A DNA stretch of 64,000 nucleotides from Moniliella sp. 'wahieum' (taxonomy: Eukaryota). The notes under the pieces were generated by a model, which was not told the origin of the DNA, made no database searches, and was given only the letters and a program-made list of their open reading frames with translations. A program made the position numbers and the translations under genes. Shown here piece by piece: positions 12,148 to 26,472 of this stretch; the stretch's first letter is position 1, and the number at the start of each line of letters is the position of its first letter. Location of the stretch: positions 372,001 to 436,000 of the forward strand of contig RSEE01000007.1 of NCBI GenBank assembly GCA_003971905.1, in the 5' to 3' direction.

Positions 12148-14057
12148 GCTATGGATGCTCTGCATGCTCGGTTCCACCCTCTCGGCCTTGGCCATGGCCT
12201 TTGCCCCGAATGGAAATGCACTTTGTTTTCCTCGGCCGTTCAGTGCGCTGGCCTTCTGCCGCCCTCGTAGACGACATAGCCACCGTTCCTGTTGGACAAA
12301 GGCAAGTGGTTCGCTTTGTCATGCTGAAAGCGTCCGAGCGTAGGCTAAAATGATTGGGAGCTGGCGTGCTCGCCTGCTTGGGAACGACGTCAACTGGGGT
12401 CAGGCTTGTGTTAGGGTCCGGACCAGGTAATAGGCAGTGGTGACTGATGATGCGCGGATGGGAGGCTGTTGACCCCATCATCCAGCCCCAAGGGAAACGT
12501 CCAACATTCACCGTCAGCTGGCCTTTGTTGCGCCAGTCATGTGCCACAGGCCGGATGGGAATGCATGCGTGGTGCTCGGCATCAGGCGGCCACCCGGCCA
12601 GCAGACATCCGGCTGATGGGTCCGGGTGATATCGGCTGTATATGTCAGGCAAGCTTTCTGGGAAGGTATGGACAAGTAAGGACAGGTGTCGACGGACAAG
12701 AGTCCTGTTAGCGTGGTGTACTTGCTGGGAGCGCCCTACAACGAACATACGGGGTGCCAAACAAGCCCGAGAAAGCCACAATGGAAACGTCGATAAGGTC
12801 CTTGGAAAAAGCAACAGTGGCTGCCCCAACTCCAGTGTACTATGAGAGACTAGAATTTGAACTAATTAGGGGCCAGCGCGAGGCGCAAAACAGAGCAGAA
12901 AGGAAACAGCGGGGAGGTAGCGTCTCAGAGACGAGTGGAACAGAAGCAAGGGAATGCAAGGGAGGCTTGAGCCTCAAATGTCAGCTGACGCTGAGGCCAG
13001 GTGGAGGTGTCGGCGTGACTCTCGGAAGAATCCTACCGTCTCGAGGCGAGGAAGCAAGGCGTTGTCGCCCGTAGGGCAGCATGCTCAGTGGTTCCCCACC
13101 GGAAAAGAACTCTCAGTTGGGAGCGGAAGCCTCTCCATCCGTCCAAAGTACCGATGTTGGGGCCAGTGAGCAACGACAGCGAGCAATAGCCCGTCGGTAT
13201 GCCCCCCAAACTTCAAGTCCGGTGGGCGGCCACCTGTGGCCGTGTGAGATCTGAGATGAGACCATCGATCACATGCACACCAGCTACCCTCACGCCGTGG
13301 CTGTACGCTTCGCTGGAGAAGCACGATCTGTGTGGATGTTCGAGGCGTGGGAACTAGGGAGAGAGTTGGGTCCGGGCTAGCACGCAACGAAGAGCTTGAC
13401 TTGAACAGTTGGGGGGAGGTTGGAGGTTGCCGGTTATGGCCCAGGATTGGTTTTGGCGACTGGGCTGCTGGCTTGCATAAGCTTCGAGGAAGGCCCGAGC
13501 GAGTCACGTGGACATGCCGCCGGAGGATGCGACGCGTGGCCGCGCCGACGCCCGCTGCCCAGAGCTGCCCCCCTGCTGCCCGTCGCGGCCCTGTGCCCAG
13601 GCTTGCTGGGGGCGGGGGGCCTGTGTCGGGTGACGCGCACGGCGCGTGTGTGCTGCATGTGTGCTGCTGGACCCAGAGCAGGGGCAGTGTGGGCCGCGGC
13701 ACTTCACATGACACATGACATGTGACATGTGACACACAGCACACAGCACACAGCACACGTCACACGCCCCCGCTGCGTCACATGTCACACTTGACGACGT
13801 GTTTGGGCCGGATAGCCGGGTTGAACGTTCAAAAGGCTGCAGCGGCAGCTCCAGTAAGCTTGCTGCTGAGGTAAGCAAACAGGCTGCTCTAACAACGCGC
13901 AGCGGGCCGCCCGCTCCTCCTCCTCGCCATCTCCACCTCTTCCCCGCCCCCGCGCCTGCCCCCCCCCACCACCACCCTCCCGCGTCCGCCCTCCCGCTGC
14001 TCGCGTCTCGGCGTGCTCGTTGCCTGTGCGGCTGCCGCTGTGTGTGCTTCCTGCGCC

Positions 14058-17000
14058 ATGCTCGCCCGCCCGCGCGCCCCACCACCCCCGAACGGGCCGC
14101 CTCGCCGCCCACACCCTCCCGGCTCCCGCTCTGGCCTCGCAGCCGCTGCGAGCTCAGCCCCGACGCGGACCTCACCGACTCCGACGCCGACGACCATCTA
14201 GGCAGACGCGCCCCGGATCCCGGCCTCGCTCTCCTCGACCCCGACCCCCCCCACGGTGCGCCTGTCGCGTCCGCGCCCACACCCATCCCCGTACCCGCGT
14301 CCGAGGTACCTGCCCGCCGCTTCGGCCCCCGTCCCGCCAGCCTATATGCCCCGCGCCGGGTCGACCCGCAGAACCTCTTTGCGCGCTTCCAGCAAGTCTC
14401 CGTCACCCCTCCCAACCCACACCCAAGCGCCACCGCCAGTGCCAGTGCCACAGCCCACGCCCACCCCTATGCGCGCAGTGCCTTCTCCTTCCCCGACCCT
14501 CCTACCCGACGTATTCCCCCACACACGGTCCAAGGCTTTTTCCCTGGAGGCCATGCCCGAGGATCTGCCGGTGCCAATGCTGGTAGCGGTGACGGGGACG
14601 CCGACGGCAGTTGTACCGGCTTGACGCGTTCTCACGCCTTCTCGGCGCTTGCTCCGCTCGCTGCCAGCGATGTGCCTACCAGCGTTAGTGCCGCCTCGAC
14701 CGCCCACTTCTCCGGATTTGCTCCCAGCCGCGGATCGTCCTTTACGGCCTTTGGCACTCGCCAGCTGCCTTCGTCTCCTTCCCTCACCACCGCCATGGGA
14801 CAGAAACAACAATACGCTGATCCCAAGGCCAGCGTGACGCTTCCTAGTAGCCAACCCACTCCTACTTTTTCGGGCCTTTTTGATGAGGCTCGCCCTCTTT
14901 CCAGCAGTTTGAAGCGAGAATCCTTTCGGCCTCCTGACTCGAACCCTTTCGCTCGGCCAATAACGGGCGATGACCCAGGGGAGAACGAAAGGAGGCAGGA
15001 CGAGGGTGGTGGCGAGAATGACGATGATGATAATGAGGACGACGACGACGACGACGATCTCTTCTCTCCTAATCGAAGTCGACCGCGAAACACAAGTCTA
15101 CCATTCTCTTCCCCTCCCGCACGCCAGATGCTTCCTCTTCCTCGATCGCTAGCGCAGCACCCCTTACTCCTGGTGGGGGCAGTCATCCTAACCGCCGTTC
15201 TTCTGCATCGTCCCGTGGTGCTTGCGGAACCACACACAAACTCCTCCTCGTCGCGGTGTCGTCGCCAGCATCGGCATCACAGGAGCAACAGCAGTTCGCG
15301 CCACACCTCCCATGGCTCTAACAAGTCGAGTATCTCCCACTCTTCCTCTCGCAGCATGGCTCTTGCTGAACTTGAAGAGCTGGTCAAGAACTCTCCAGCC
15401 AACCTGGCCGCCGCACAGGCCAAGCTCCAGTCGGCCGAATCTCTCTTCGATTTCGCTCGTCACCCCCCACCACCCGTTCCAGCTGGGGACGCACACGACG
15501 TTCTGCGTCCTCGGCTCTGTCCTCCACCGCGTCCGGTCCCTCCTTTTTGGCTGAAGGAGGGTTTGGGGCGACACCTCCACCCAAATCGGCACCTGACATG
15601 CGGCTCGCCTCGCGTGGATCCGCGTTTGTTCCCTCGATCCCTGCTTCGCGTCCACATTTCCCTGGGCTCGACTCGCTGATCCAGGCGGACCAGGCAGGTG
15701 CACCGCAGCACTCAACACCGCCCAGGGGATTGAGTCAGCGCAAGCCCCCGCCGCCGTTTGGTAAAAACCGGTTCGTTGCTTCGACACTTACCACTCCTCG
15801 GCCTGCGGCGGGATGGGGTCCGGCCAGCAGTACTGAGGAAGAGGACGCGGACCTCAATGGTTCCCCCTCTTCTCCTTCCACCAGCGCCCTTGGCGCCCTC
15901 TCTCTCGTGGACTCAAGCTCGCGTCCATGTACCACCGCCCTCCCAGTCCAGCGGGTGCGGCTCAGAACAGGGCAGCGTGCGCCACTGCTGCTAGCATGCC
16001 CATCCCCGCCTCCGGCCGACCGAAGACAGCGTGATGGACGATGCTGATGCCAGTCCTGGGGTTGGATCTGTGCTGCAGGCCAGTAAAGCGCCTGGCTCAG
16101 CACTAGGGCTGGAGCTCAATGAGTCCCCTGGACGGCTCTTTGGCGATGGAGGCGATGACAGTCCTTCGCGTCGTTATGCAAAAGATAGGGGTCCGGGCCG
16201 ATCCACCCACTCTAGTGGTGGCCATCTTCCCATTCATTCCACTTCTGCCATGGCCTTGCTCGAATCGCCCTCGAGAGCCGAGCCGATGCGACGAGCTGCT
16301 TCTTCGTCGGGGTATCTCAGCAGGAGCCATCCTGCGGAGGAGGACCCATTTTTGCCCAACCCAGGACCGGGCTTTAAAGGCGTCAAACCACTGCAAATGG
16401 CCTTCCATTCCTCGGGTCTGGTTTCGAAACGCAATCGCTCTCGTCTTGATATGAACACTTCCTACTCTCACTCTGGGCCCGGTGGCATGGCATCCACGTC
16501 TTCAGGCTTGGCACCCATCAACGTCGCATCGAGCTTGGAGGCGAGTGGCAATGATTTGGACGTTGGCACTGTGTCGGCACCGGCGGGTACGATACACACG
16601 TCCTTCTCTGCTGCCCTGGGGTCCGGCGATCGCAGCAATTCAACGCCCCCGTCTGGTGTGGAACGGGAGTCTGGAGGTAACACCTCTCTTACTGCCTCAT
16701 CGCTGGGGCTGAGAGAAGTGGTGGCGAATGCTTCGGCCCACACGTCCTCTGGCTCGCTGCATCCGCCCGCGTCGGCACCTGTCATGCCCGACACGCCCGT
16801 CAAGCGCCCCCCTCCCGGGGGCGGTTCGTTCAAGCGCCTCTCTGGTCTCGGTTTCCATCCACCACCGCCAACACCAGCCCCGCTGCAAAGTGGTAGGAGA
16901 CGCGCCCCAACGGCGGGTGCGGCCTCTTTTCCCGCGCCGGCATTGAGTAATGTTTTCCCCAATGCCAGCTTCACCAACGGGTACCCTACTTCTCCCCGCG

Positions 17001-19255
17001 CTGGTCCCAGTGGGAAGCGAGGAACACTCACTCTCCCGTCTGCCCGCATCGACACAGACGTGGACATGGCCGAATCGCCCACTCTTGCGTTGCTTTCAGT
17101 CGCGGGCACAGCCGCTGCACCCCTTGCTCTCAATCCAGACACTTCTTCTGCCTCGTTTCCTGCGCGCGAGGCGGAGCCAAGGCCCGACCCGTACCTCCCC
17201 ATGACGCGGTTGCTGCCACTCTCCAACGGAGAGAGTGCCTCGCCTCAAACGCCGCACATCAAGGCAGCGCCAGCTGCTCACGCCAAGACGCCATCCCATC
17301 TGCCAAGGCAAGAGAGAACTGGGCCCAGTGAAGGCACACCAGTCCCACAAACCCCAGTTCCAGCCTACCGCCGTCATCGTCCCTCGGGCAGCGTTCCCTT
17401 CCCTTCCTCGTCCAAACCACTGGCACCCCTGGGCCAAAGACGAGCGCAAACCCCTCGCGCGCGAAGCCAGTGCGTCCTCGGCCTTGCCCAATCCACGCTC
17501 GCGCAAACTCATGCGCCACCGTTCGCGCCCCCTCTCGGCCAATGGTTTGCAGCGCAAGGTCACCTCCTTTGGGCCCGACGCCCCTCCGGTCGGGCTGGGC
17601 TTGACCATGACGCAGCCTTCCCCTTCGGCTCTGGCGCCTTCCTCGGCGTTCGGCTCCAGAAGGAAAAGTCCCATCCTGCCTCCACCCTTGCTTCTTCCCA
17701 CATCCAATCACAGTCCGTCCAGTCCGCATGCCCTCCTGGGCTCCTCCAGTTCCTCCGCCGCCTCCCACCATAACCGCAAGTACTTTCCCTGCAAGTGGGG
17801 GTGGCTTGCGTTTGCCAGTGCCCATGACGCCGACACGAAACCCCAATTCGATCAAGTGGTTCCACATGGCCCAGTTGGTCGGCACCCCATCGCCTACCTC
17901 GTCGGGATCCGGCTCGGGTGCTCCGGGCCCGGCTAGCGCCCCAGGTTCCAGGCGGAGCGACGCTGATTTTGGGCTGGGCCGCTTCCAGCGCCAGTTCCAG
18001 GAAGAGTCGATTTGGGGTCGGGGGAGTTTAGTGAGGTGGTGCAAGCGCGCGACCGGGGCTCGGGCCAGTTGTCGGCGGTGAAGCGGATGAAGATGCCCTT
18101 CAAGGGGCAACTGGACCGCAAACGTGCACTGGAAGAGGTGGAGGTGATGCGCCATCTGCAGCAAGAAGGTGGGCACCCCAACTTGGTGCGACTTGGGATG
18201 CGTGGGAGGAAGCGGGGCACCTTTTTCTTCAGACCGAGTTGTGTCCGTTGGGCACACTGGATTTTTTTCTGTCCGAGTTTGGCGCCATGGCGGGCAACTT
18301 GGATGAGCCGCGGTTGTGGAAAGTGTTGGCTGAGCTAGGAGCCGGTGTGAACTTTATCCATCTCCATGGCGTTCTTCATCTCGATCTCAAGCCTGCCAAT
18401 GTGCTCATCACGGCCACGGGTTCGCTCAAGGTGGCTGATTTCGGTATGGCGACCCGCTGGCCTCGTGCCTCCCGCCCCCGAGCCCTCGGGCCGTTGGCCC
18501 ACCGACGCACCTTCCTCCCCGCCCCTCTTGGGCGCCCCGCGAAAACGCGGCAAGCCCATCCGCCAGGCCACGTTTGAGCGCGAAGGCGACCGGGAGTACA
18601 TTGCTCCGGAGGTACTCTCTGTTGGCCAGTACGGCCCCGAGGCCGACGTGTTTAGGTATGTCCCCCTCCTTCCACTTTCCTTCTACATTGTGTGCTAACT
18701 CTTTTCTCTCTCTGTCAGTGTGGGGCTAATCATGCTGGAAGCGGCGGGTAATGTGGTGTTGCCAGACAATGGCGAGGCGTGGCACAAGCTCCGCAACGAC
18801 GACTTTACCGATGTGGACCTCACCCACGTCAGCGATGGCCTGGTGGAGATCATCATTGCCTTGCTCGAGTCCCAACCGCTTAGCCGACCAGCATGGCGGA
18901 GATGTTGGATGCGCCGGCGCTGCACGTGGTGTGGGAGCGGATGCGCCAAGGAGTCTACTCGGACGAACTGGACCAACTGCCGGACTTGGGCCTGGTCCCC
19001 GGGCCCACCCGGTCGGCACAAGGTCCTGCCTTTGCGCGGCGCGCTGCTCCAAGAATCGGTCGCTCCCTTCCTGGCGGACGTGGCGCAGTGCGCTCCCCCA
19101 GCGTTCGCCGCCGCTTCGCTTACTTCGCGCGGCTCGGCCGCCAGCTTGGCTTCCCAACCCCTCTCGGCCTCGGGCAGCGCTCCGAGGGAAGTTTCGACTT
19201 GTCGTACACTGCCCCCTATGTCGTGGAGGGACCCGAGGCAATGGACTTGTCCTAA
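14058..19255 (+). CDS. WEE1: Wee1/Swe1-family CDK-inhibitory kinase with a long S/P-rich regulatory N-terminus
   Basis: GSGEFSEV, AVKRMK, HLDLKPANVLI, KVADFG, the Wee1 signature EREGDREYIAPE, ADVFS|VGLIMLE and LPDNGEAWHKLR. The N-terminus has KPLQMAFHSSGLVSKR and MPDTPVKR blocks. Intron 18656..18718. Start approximate. Confidence 0.92.
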
Positions 19256-22200
19256 TCCCCCTCCCCTCCCCTCTCCCCTCCCTCCTTCCCCTCCCCCCAC
19301 CCCGTTCTCCTACCGCTGCCCCGCGGCTCCCGCTGCCCCGCCGTAGAGGCCGCCCGAATGGATCACGGATGTTGCTATCGGTCTGTATCCCTATACCCTC
19401 TCTCTCCCCCCCACCCCTCTCCCCACTCTCCCCACTCTCCCCACTCTCCCCGATTTCCCCGATTTCCCCATTTCCCTTCGCCCCTCTCTCGTCTTTTCCC
19501 TTTTGCGCTGAGTTTGTTCAAACTAGGATTCGTTGTCTACCCCCCTCCCCATGTCACCCCCACCTGCTCTTATCTTGTCACAGGCATTTGTTCATTCTTT
19601 CCTGGCCTGCAGCCTGCCTGTCCTGTCCTGATCTAGCTCGGAAGGGTGTAGATTAAGGGGTGAAGAAATCTGAGATTACGAGTCTGGGTGCAGAGGGCAA
19701 ACTATTAGCACGAAAGTCCTACTACCTATCTCTTGTACCTCCTTTCTTGACTCTTGAAGCGCGCCCCACCTTCCTCCTTCTCTCACCTTCTGCCCCCGCC
19801 CCTTGCGCTGCAGCATATAACACGTTTCCCAGTTCCATCTTTTCCCACCTTCCCTCTCCCCTCTGTTACAACAGACAGTCTTAGTAGGACTAAGTAGTAG
19901 TACTACTATGTGTTTTGATATTGCTTGCCACAGTCGCGTGGTTGAGCTTTCTCACTGATCCAGGGAGATGTCCACCAACACACACTGCAGTGCCTGCAGG
20001 GGGGGACGACAGCTTCAAGTGCCCTTCGCATCAGTAGCGGCAAGTGTCCACCAGTGGAAAAACACCTTGTAACTATCGCGTATGTTGCACGCTTAAACAT
20101 TCAAGCTTCAATAAGCTTGACCAGTACCTAGTACCGGCCGTACCAGAGATTGGCTGACATGTGACATTGCATGTACTCAGTAGCCCGTCTGATTCACCAT
20201 ACAGTCAAACGGCAAAAAACGTCAATTCGCTCCCGGCTCTGCACGACACCGTGGAGTTTTTCGGTGTTTCCTTCTGCCACCATTCATTACCTCTGGCGAC
20301 AACTAGTAAGGTGAACTTTTACAATCCCCCCCCCCCCCTCAACAGGGTCTGTACCTGATTTTCCAACGCGCACCCTGTGGCTCATTCCATTCCATTTCGC
20401 CCCCTGTTTTCATCAGTTTTCGTCACCAAAGACACTATGTACATGAGGCGGATGTAAGACTTTGGGCTGGGGAGAGAGAGAGAATGCACTTTTGTTGGTT
20501 ATTGGTAGCATAATAATGATGGTGTATGGTTTCGGGCATAGCACACTGTTGGTCGAGGCATCATTAACATTGGTTGCTCTTCTTTTAGTGTGAGACGCAC
20601 ATTTCATGTGGTCCAGATCATTCCCTTATACCCGTCGCCTCAGAGGCTGGTGCAGAGTACGTCAATGATGATGCAAGTGCAATTGGCGGTGTAGGTGGCC
20701 ATTTGAACCTGCAAACCAAACGCGATGCGTCTTTCGTGTGATGTGTTGACATGTGAGGCCTGAGGCCCTTAGGCCTTAGGTGAGAACCTTGGGATGCCCG
20801 ACGAGACAACACTGCAGACGCGAATACTGTGTGGAGTATAACTAGGACATATAGCGAGATGATCGATGAGAGTGTGGTGTAACATGTAACATGTAACCTG
20901 CCATAACCACACTGACTTTTTGGGTAGAAGCACTGGAAGTATGCCCAAGGAAAACATCCCATGGCATCAGAGGTTGATCATTTCCTCTACAGCGTGGGTG
21001 TTGGGATTTCCGGCGTGACAACGATGAGATCTGAGACCACTTTGATGGACACGATCACGAGCCTGTACTTCTTTGGGGCATAGGAACCTAGTGCGGCAAA
21101 CCACAATGACTATACTCGTTCATTTCATCCCACGGAAGCCCAGCGGGAATTGAGGTCACAGCATACCTCCCTTCCCTGGTAGTAGTACTGTCACTTCTGT
21201 TGTTCGTACCTGCGGATCCTGCTTTCCGGGTGGTTCCAAGGCACCCAAAAGCGTTTGCAACCAGATATGGAAAAAGTCCCGGCATCTCATATAAAAGGTG
21301 CCCGACGGATGAACTACTATGACATATCCTCGAGAGACTAAGAAGTGGTGCGACGAACGCAAGAACACCACGGGCGAGCTTACGCACAGCTATGCGTTCA
21401 ACTACATCCGCCCTTCCCCTGTTGTGAGCTTCTGACTGACATGAGGAGCCGCATAGAGCCACCTCGTCTCTCTCTTCCTTGAATACTGGCCGATTGTGAG
21501 AAGATTGCGGCGTGGTATTGATATAGGTCTTTCGTACCCACTCGTGCTATACATGCGATTGGGAAACGAGCGGGGCAGCGGGATCAGAAACGTCCTGGCC
21601 TGCTGGACATTCCATGGACCTCCGAGTGGGGTGAGATGAGATGTGAGAGTCCGTCAGCTGTATCGGGATGGGGGCGAGATGATCGATCAGATGGATGTCG
21701 ATGAGGCCGACGAGAGGGGGACGATGGAAGGGCATGACGTAAGCACTGCGCGGGCAAAGCACCAGGTGGTTTATTCAGGCTGCGGGCGAGGCCAGCGTAG
21801 ACAGGCCCGTCACCAGCAAGTCACAGTCCGACCAGTCAGATCACGCTGGTCACTAGGCAGGAGTCACTAGGCCCTCTCGTCCAGTGCCTCGGCTAGTCTG
21901 CCGGGCTGTCAGTGACTAGCTTGACCAGTGACTAGTGGCTAGTGACTAGTGACTAGTTTGACTAGTGCTGGGGCTGCCGCGCAACCCCGGGGCAGAGCGG
22001 GAGGAGATGCACATGGTGTGCGCTATCCTCGCGGTGTGCTGCCGCAGCGGCAGCTCGCGCACACGCGTGCAGCATTCTACCCGGCTCAGGCCTCAGACTG
22101 CAAGCTGCCGAGCTTTCAGATGGCAGCTGGCTTCAGCGCGCTCACTAGTCACTGAGCTCCGCCGCCTGGGCTTTGCGCCGCCCCTGCGCAAGCACTCTGC

Positions 22201-23223
22201 CACTCTGCCGTCCAATTTCAAACCCAACCCCCCGCCCCTCCAGGCATCATGCATCAGACATCATATCTGGTGCGTAGCCTTGTCCCCGGCGAGGCCCCGG
22301 GCAGACAGCGCAGACGGAGAGGGATCTGGGGCGCTGGAGGACGGGTACCCAGCTCGCAGTGCTTCCCACGCATGGATGAGGACAGCGGCCGCGAGGCCAG
22401 TGCTCAGAGGTGGCGGCGAGAGGGCCGGGCCGCGGTGGGTGGTGTGCCCTGGGGCGCCAGGGTGCGTATGTCCGGGGTGCCACCGCCGCAGTGGCTGGCC
22501 GTGGCTGGCGGGTAGCGAGGGGCGGCCTGGCTGAGCGCTTGGCTTCGCACGCAGCCTGGCTGCTGCGTACTGCCGCCGCGCCCCCTGGCACGCGCCCAGC
22601 AGACCGCAGCGCTGCCGCCAACGCGCTAACGCGCCGACGGATGCGTGACTGCCGCACGGGGCAGCGCGGGCAGCCGGGGGCGGTGGGTGACTGCGACCGG
22701 TGAGCGCGACATGTGCCATGCGCGGTGTGACAGGCACGGGCGGACACTGGCGCGGTGGGGGCCCCCGCGGCGAGGCGAGGGCCGGCAGTCGTGCGCTGGG
22801 CTGCTGGCCCATGGCATGCGCCAGCGTCGCACTGTCCCAGCCGGCCACGAAGGAAAAAGAAGCGGCGCCCAGCCAGCGCCTGGCCTCGCCTCCTCTACGC
22901 CTCCCGCCCGGCCGCCTGCCGCCCTGCCTGCCTCCCTCGGCCTGCCCGTCTCTGCCTCTTGGTGCGGTTGCCTGCTGGGCGCTCCTGCTCTTCCCGCCCC
23001 CGCCCCCGCCCCCGCCCTCGCCCTCGCCCTCGCCGGCCTCGTCCCCATCCCCATCCCCATCCCCATCCCCGCCCCACTGCCACTGCCTGCCGCTCCCATC
23101 GCGCTTGCCGTGCTCATGTCGATGCGCCCGCTCCACCGCCCCCCATCGGCTTCAGCATTCAGTGCCCACAGCGCCCACAGTGCCCACAGCGCCCACAGCG
23201 CCCACACGGCCAGCACAGCCACC

Positions 23224-25750
23224 ATGCCCCGTCCGGACCCATGACCGACCTGGCCATTGCGCCCGCTGATCTCCTCGGCTCGGTCCCACGCGCATCCGAC
23301 TATGACCCGGCCCGCTACGCCGCCGTTTCATCATACGATCCGGCATTGCAGGACCGATACGAGCACCCGTTCCGTGCCGGTGTCTTGTCCTCGCTGATCC
23401 TCGGCCCATCAGGGGAGGCACCGGCAGACGCATCGCTGCAGTCGTCTGCGTTGCCTTTGTACGACCCCTATTTGGGCGCCTCGGAACACGGCGCCGTGTC
23501 TGCGCCCGCGCCTGCGCCCGTGCCGCCGTCGGCGTCGGCACTGGCCCCCGCCCCGCCCCCCCCGGTGCCACCCGATCCCGCACCTGCCTCGGCTGCTGCC
23601 GGCGATGCGAAGCGGCAGGACTCGTACGACCAATTCAAGCAGTTCCTCGGCCTCGACAAGGACACCCTCTTCCCCAGCGTCCAACCCCCCACCCTGCCCG
23701 ACTCGCTTGACTTTGCCCCCTTCCTCCCTACCCCGTCCATGCAGCCTCCTCCCCCGCATGACGCCTCGGCCTACGAGCACCCACACCAGCCCACCCAACC
23801 TCCACGGCCGCCCGCCCAGCCGCCGCAGCACGCCCCCCTCACCCTCACCCTCACCCTCCACCTCAGGTTCCCTACCACTCTCCGAACCCACCCACACACA
23901 CACCAGCACCAACACGTGCACGACTCCTCCCAGTCGAACCCCCCCCTTTCCCACCCTCCTGTCTCCCCCCGCTCCATCTGCCCCCGAGCCCCTCGACCAG
24001 CTCCCCGTCTCGCTTGGCCTGGACCGATTGACATTCAGCTTCGATCCCTCCGGCGCCGATCTGGCACCGCTCGTGCTTGGCAACGAGCAGTCGCTGCTGC
24101 CCCTCCCGCCCACCCAGGCAATGCCTTCCCATGCCGGCCCTTCCCACCGCTCTCGCGCCCAGCACCGGCCCAGCCCAAGCGAGGCCGAGGCCCACCCGCG
24201 TGTTGGGCCTGATGGCCACCTCACCTCCCCCCTTTCACCCCGTCTGCTGGGGGCGGGGGCAACCGCCGGCCCCATCCTTATCGATTGGACACCAATGTTC
24301 ATCGCCGTAGCCCGTCTGCCACTTCCGACCGCTCCGCGGGCCACAGTCCCGGCGCGTCCCCTGGAGGCGCTGGTACCCTCGCCACGCTTGCTCTCCCTAC
24401 CGCCTATTCACCCGGTAGCATCACCTCTCCCGTGGGATCGGAACATGGCTTGTCGCGGCCTGCCAGCGTCGCCGACTCGCGTGCCTCGGGCTCGCCCACC
24501 AGCTTGGCCAGTCCCATGTTCTGTCAGCGCCCCAGTCGGTCGCCAGTGGCAGGCTCCAACTATGGTCCCGGGTCGGGCTCAGCTCTCTGGCCCATTCGGA
24601 CGTTGGGTTGGCAGAGCTCAGTCTCGTTGATCGCCCCATTCACAATCTCAAAGTGACCACGGCCAAAACCAAGGCCGCATCCGTTTCCCGGCGGAAGGCA
24701 GCAGCGCCGTTCAAGTGCCCGGTGCCTGGGCGAAAGTTCTTTTACGCGGGCGCTCAATCTCCGAGGCCACCTGCGCTCCCATACCGATGAGCGCCGTATG
24801 CCTGTCGGTACTGTGAACGCTCCTTTGCCCGTGCGCATGATCAGCGTCGACATGAGAAACTGGTACGCTCTTTGTTCTCTCTTTCTTTTTCTTAGCTGCT
24901 GGCAACTTGGCTCGCTGACTCATCTTCTTGGCGTGATCGTAGCATCTGAACCCGCCCACGCGTGCGAATACTGTGGCAAGATGTTTGCTCGGCTTGATGC
25001 GCTCAATCGTCATCATCGCCAAGAGGGTGATACATGCATTGCCCGCCTTGATTCCACGCACAGTCACGCTGCCGCTGCCCCCAGTGCGACGCCAGCGTCT
25101 GCCTTGCCTTCGACCCCATCCCCCGTACCGGCCCAGGATCCACCTTCGCTGCCCCAGGGGTCCGGTTCCGGTTCTGGGTCTGGTGCGGGCTTGGGCTTAG
25201 GCACCGTTCCCCCTGCTTCCCAGCATCCGCCCAAGCCCCAGCCTTCTCACTTCCACCGTCCTATCTCCTCTCCATCCAAGAGCGAAAGCGCCCTCGCCAG
25301 CGTCCCAGACGGGCACGGCCCTTCCTATCGTCGTATTCGACCTCGCAATCCACTACCGTGTCTCCTTCATTACCTTGGCTCGGTTCCAGCGGCGAGCCCC
25401 TTGGTCCCTGGCCCGGCCGCGACCCCGACCAACAGGAAGGAGCCTCGCGTCCTATCCCCGAGAGGGAACTGGGGCTCCATTTGTATCCGGCCCTTGGTGC
25501 GGAAGGTCCTGGGTCGGGTGCGTCGCCAGTGTCAGGAACAGGAACGTCGGCAGGACCTGGACCGAGCCACGGCGAGTTTGATGTGGACCCTCTCTTGTTC
25601 CCTCTGGGTTCGATGGGCGAGATGCCCGGGCCCGAGGGGCCAGGCCTGGGGGGGGACTTGTCCTCTTTGTCCGCCCAGTCGAGCGGAATCAACGAAGGAG
25701 CGGTGCCAGGGCCCACCTGGACCCACCGGTTTGCCGGACACGTGCTCTGA
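23224..25750 (+). CDS. CRZ1: Crz1-like triple C2H2 zinc-finger transcription factor
   Basis: KTKAASVSRRKAAAPFKCPVPG...NLRGHLRSHTDER..ACRYCERSFARAHDQRRHEKL, intron 24863..24942, then HACEYCGKMFARLDALNRHH. This matches the basidiomycete Crz1-type finger array. Start in strong context GCCACCATG at 23224. Orthology versus paralogy is not resolved. Confidence 0.72.
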
Positions 25751-26472
25751 TACCTTTTTTTTATCTATCTCTCGTTGGGGCCGGAGTCCCGATGCAGGCG
25801 GGAGAGGGAGGAGGTACCGAAGAGGGAGGGCAAACGCAACGCACTCTGCCTTGCGTCCTTTTATTCTTTCGCCCCCTTCTCCTCTCGTCTTCGCGTGAAC
25901 CACCTCCCACGCTCCCCGTGATCCCCCTTTGCACCTTCACCTACGTTTTCTTTGTTTTTCTTTGTTTTCTTTTTCTTTCCTGCCCCCCCCCCCCCCTTCC
26001 CCCCGAGGGCCCTCCCTCCCCTATCCGTCCCCATCCTATCCACTCTCCACCCTCTCACGCCGTACCCTACCCTACCGCGCTCGCTGTACGTTGTCCATCC
26101 TTTTGACCCGGTTTCACCGTCTCTTGTTATGCTCCCCTGCACACATCCTTCCCTTGGCCTCTCTCGGGCTTCCATCGTGGTCTTGCGTATCCATGTGGCG
26201 AGCAGGGCGCTGCCCTACGCCTTACGTGTCCTCGTAGCTTGCCAGCGCCACCTAGCCCCACTTGACCCTGACCGGTGACCCTGTTGCCCTCCCCTGCTCC
26301 TGGGCCTGCTCACCTGGCACGCACGCCGCCGGATACGTAGATGGCACGGCCTTGCTTGCCTTGGGTTCGGCGTCCGCTTGCCTCGCGTGCGAGGTTGGTG
26401 CGGTACCAGGTTAGCTAGTGTGCTAGTGTACTAGGGTGCTTGTGGGCTAACGCAGGCCTGTCCTCTTGACCA

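Noticed and set aside
23224..23244. Six-codon uORF (MPRPDP*) whose stop overlaps a downstream ATG (ATGA) in the Crz1-like gene
   Set aside because: One extra C in the GACCC run would fuse it in frame (MPRPDPMTDL...), and its ATG has the better context. It is more likely the true start with a dropped base.
1496..26278. Many long antisense and alternate-frame ORFs overlapping real genes
   Set aside because: Expected shadow ORFs in very GC-rich DNA with few stop codons; none carries a recognisable domain.
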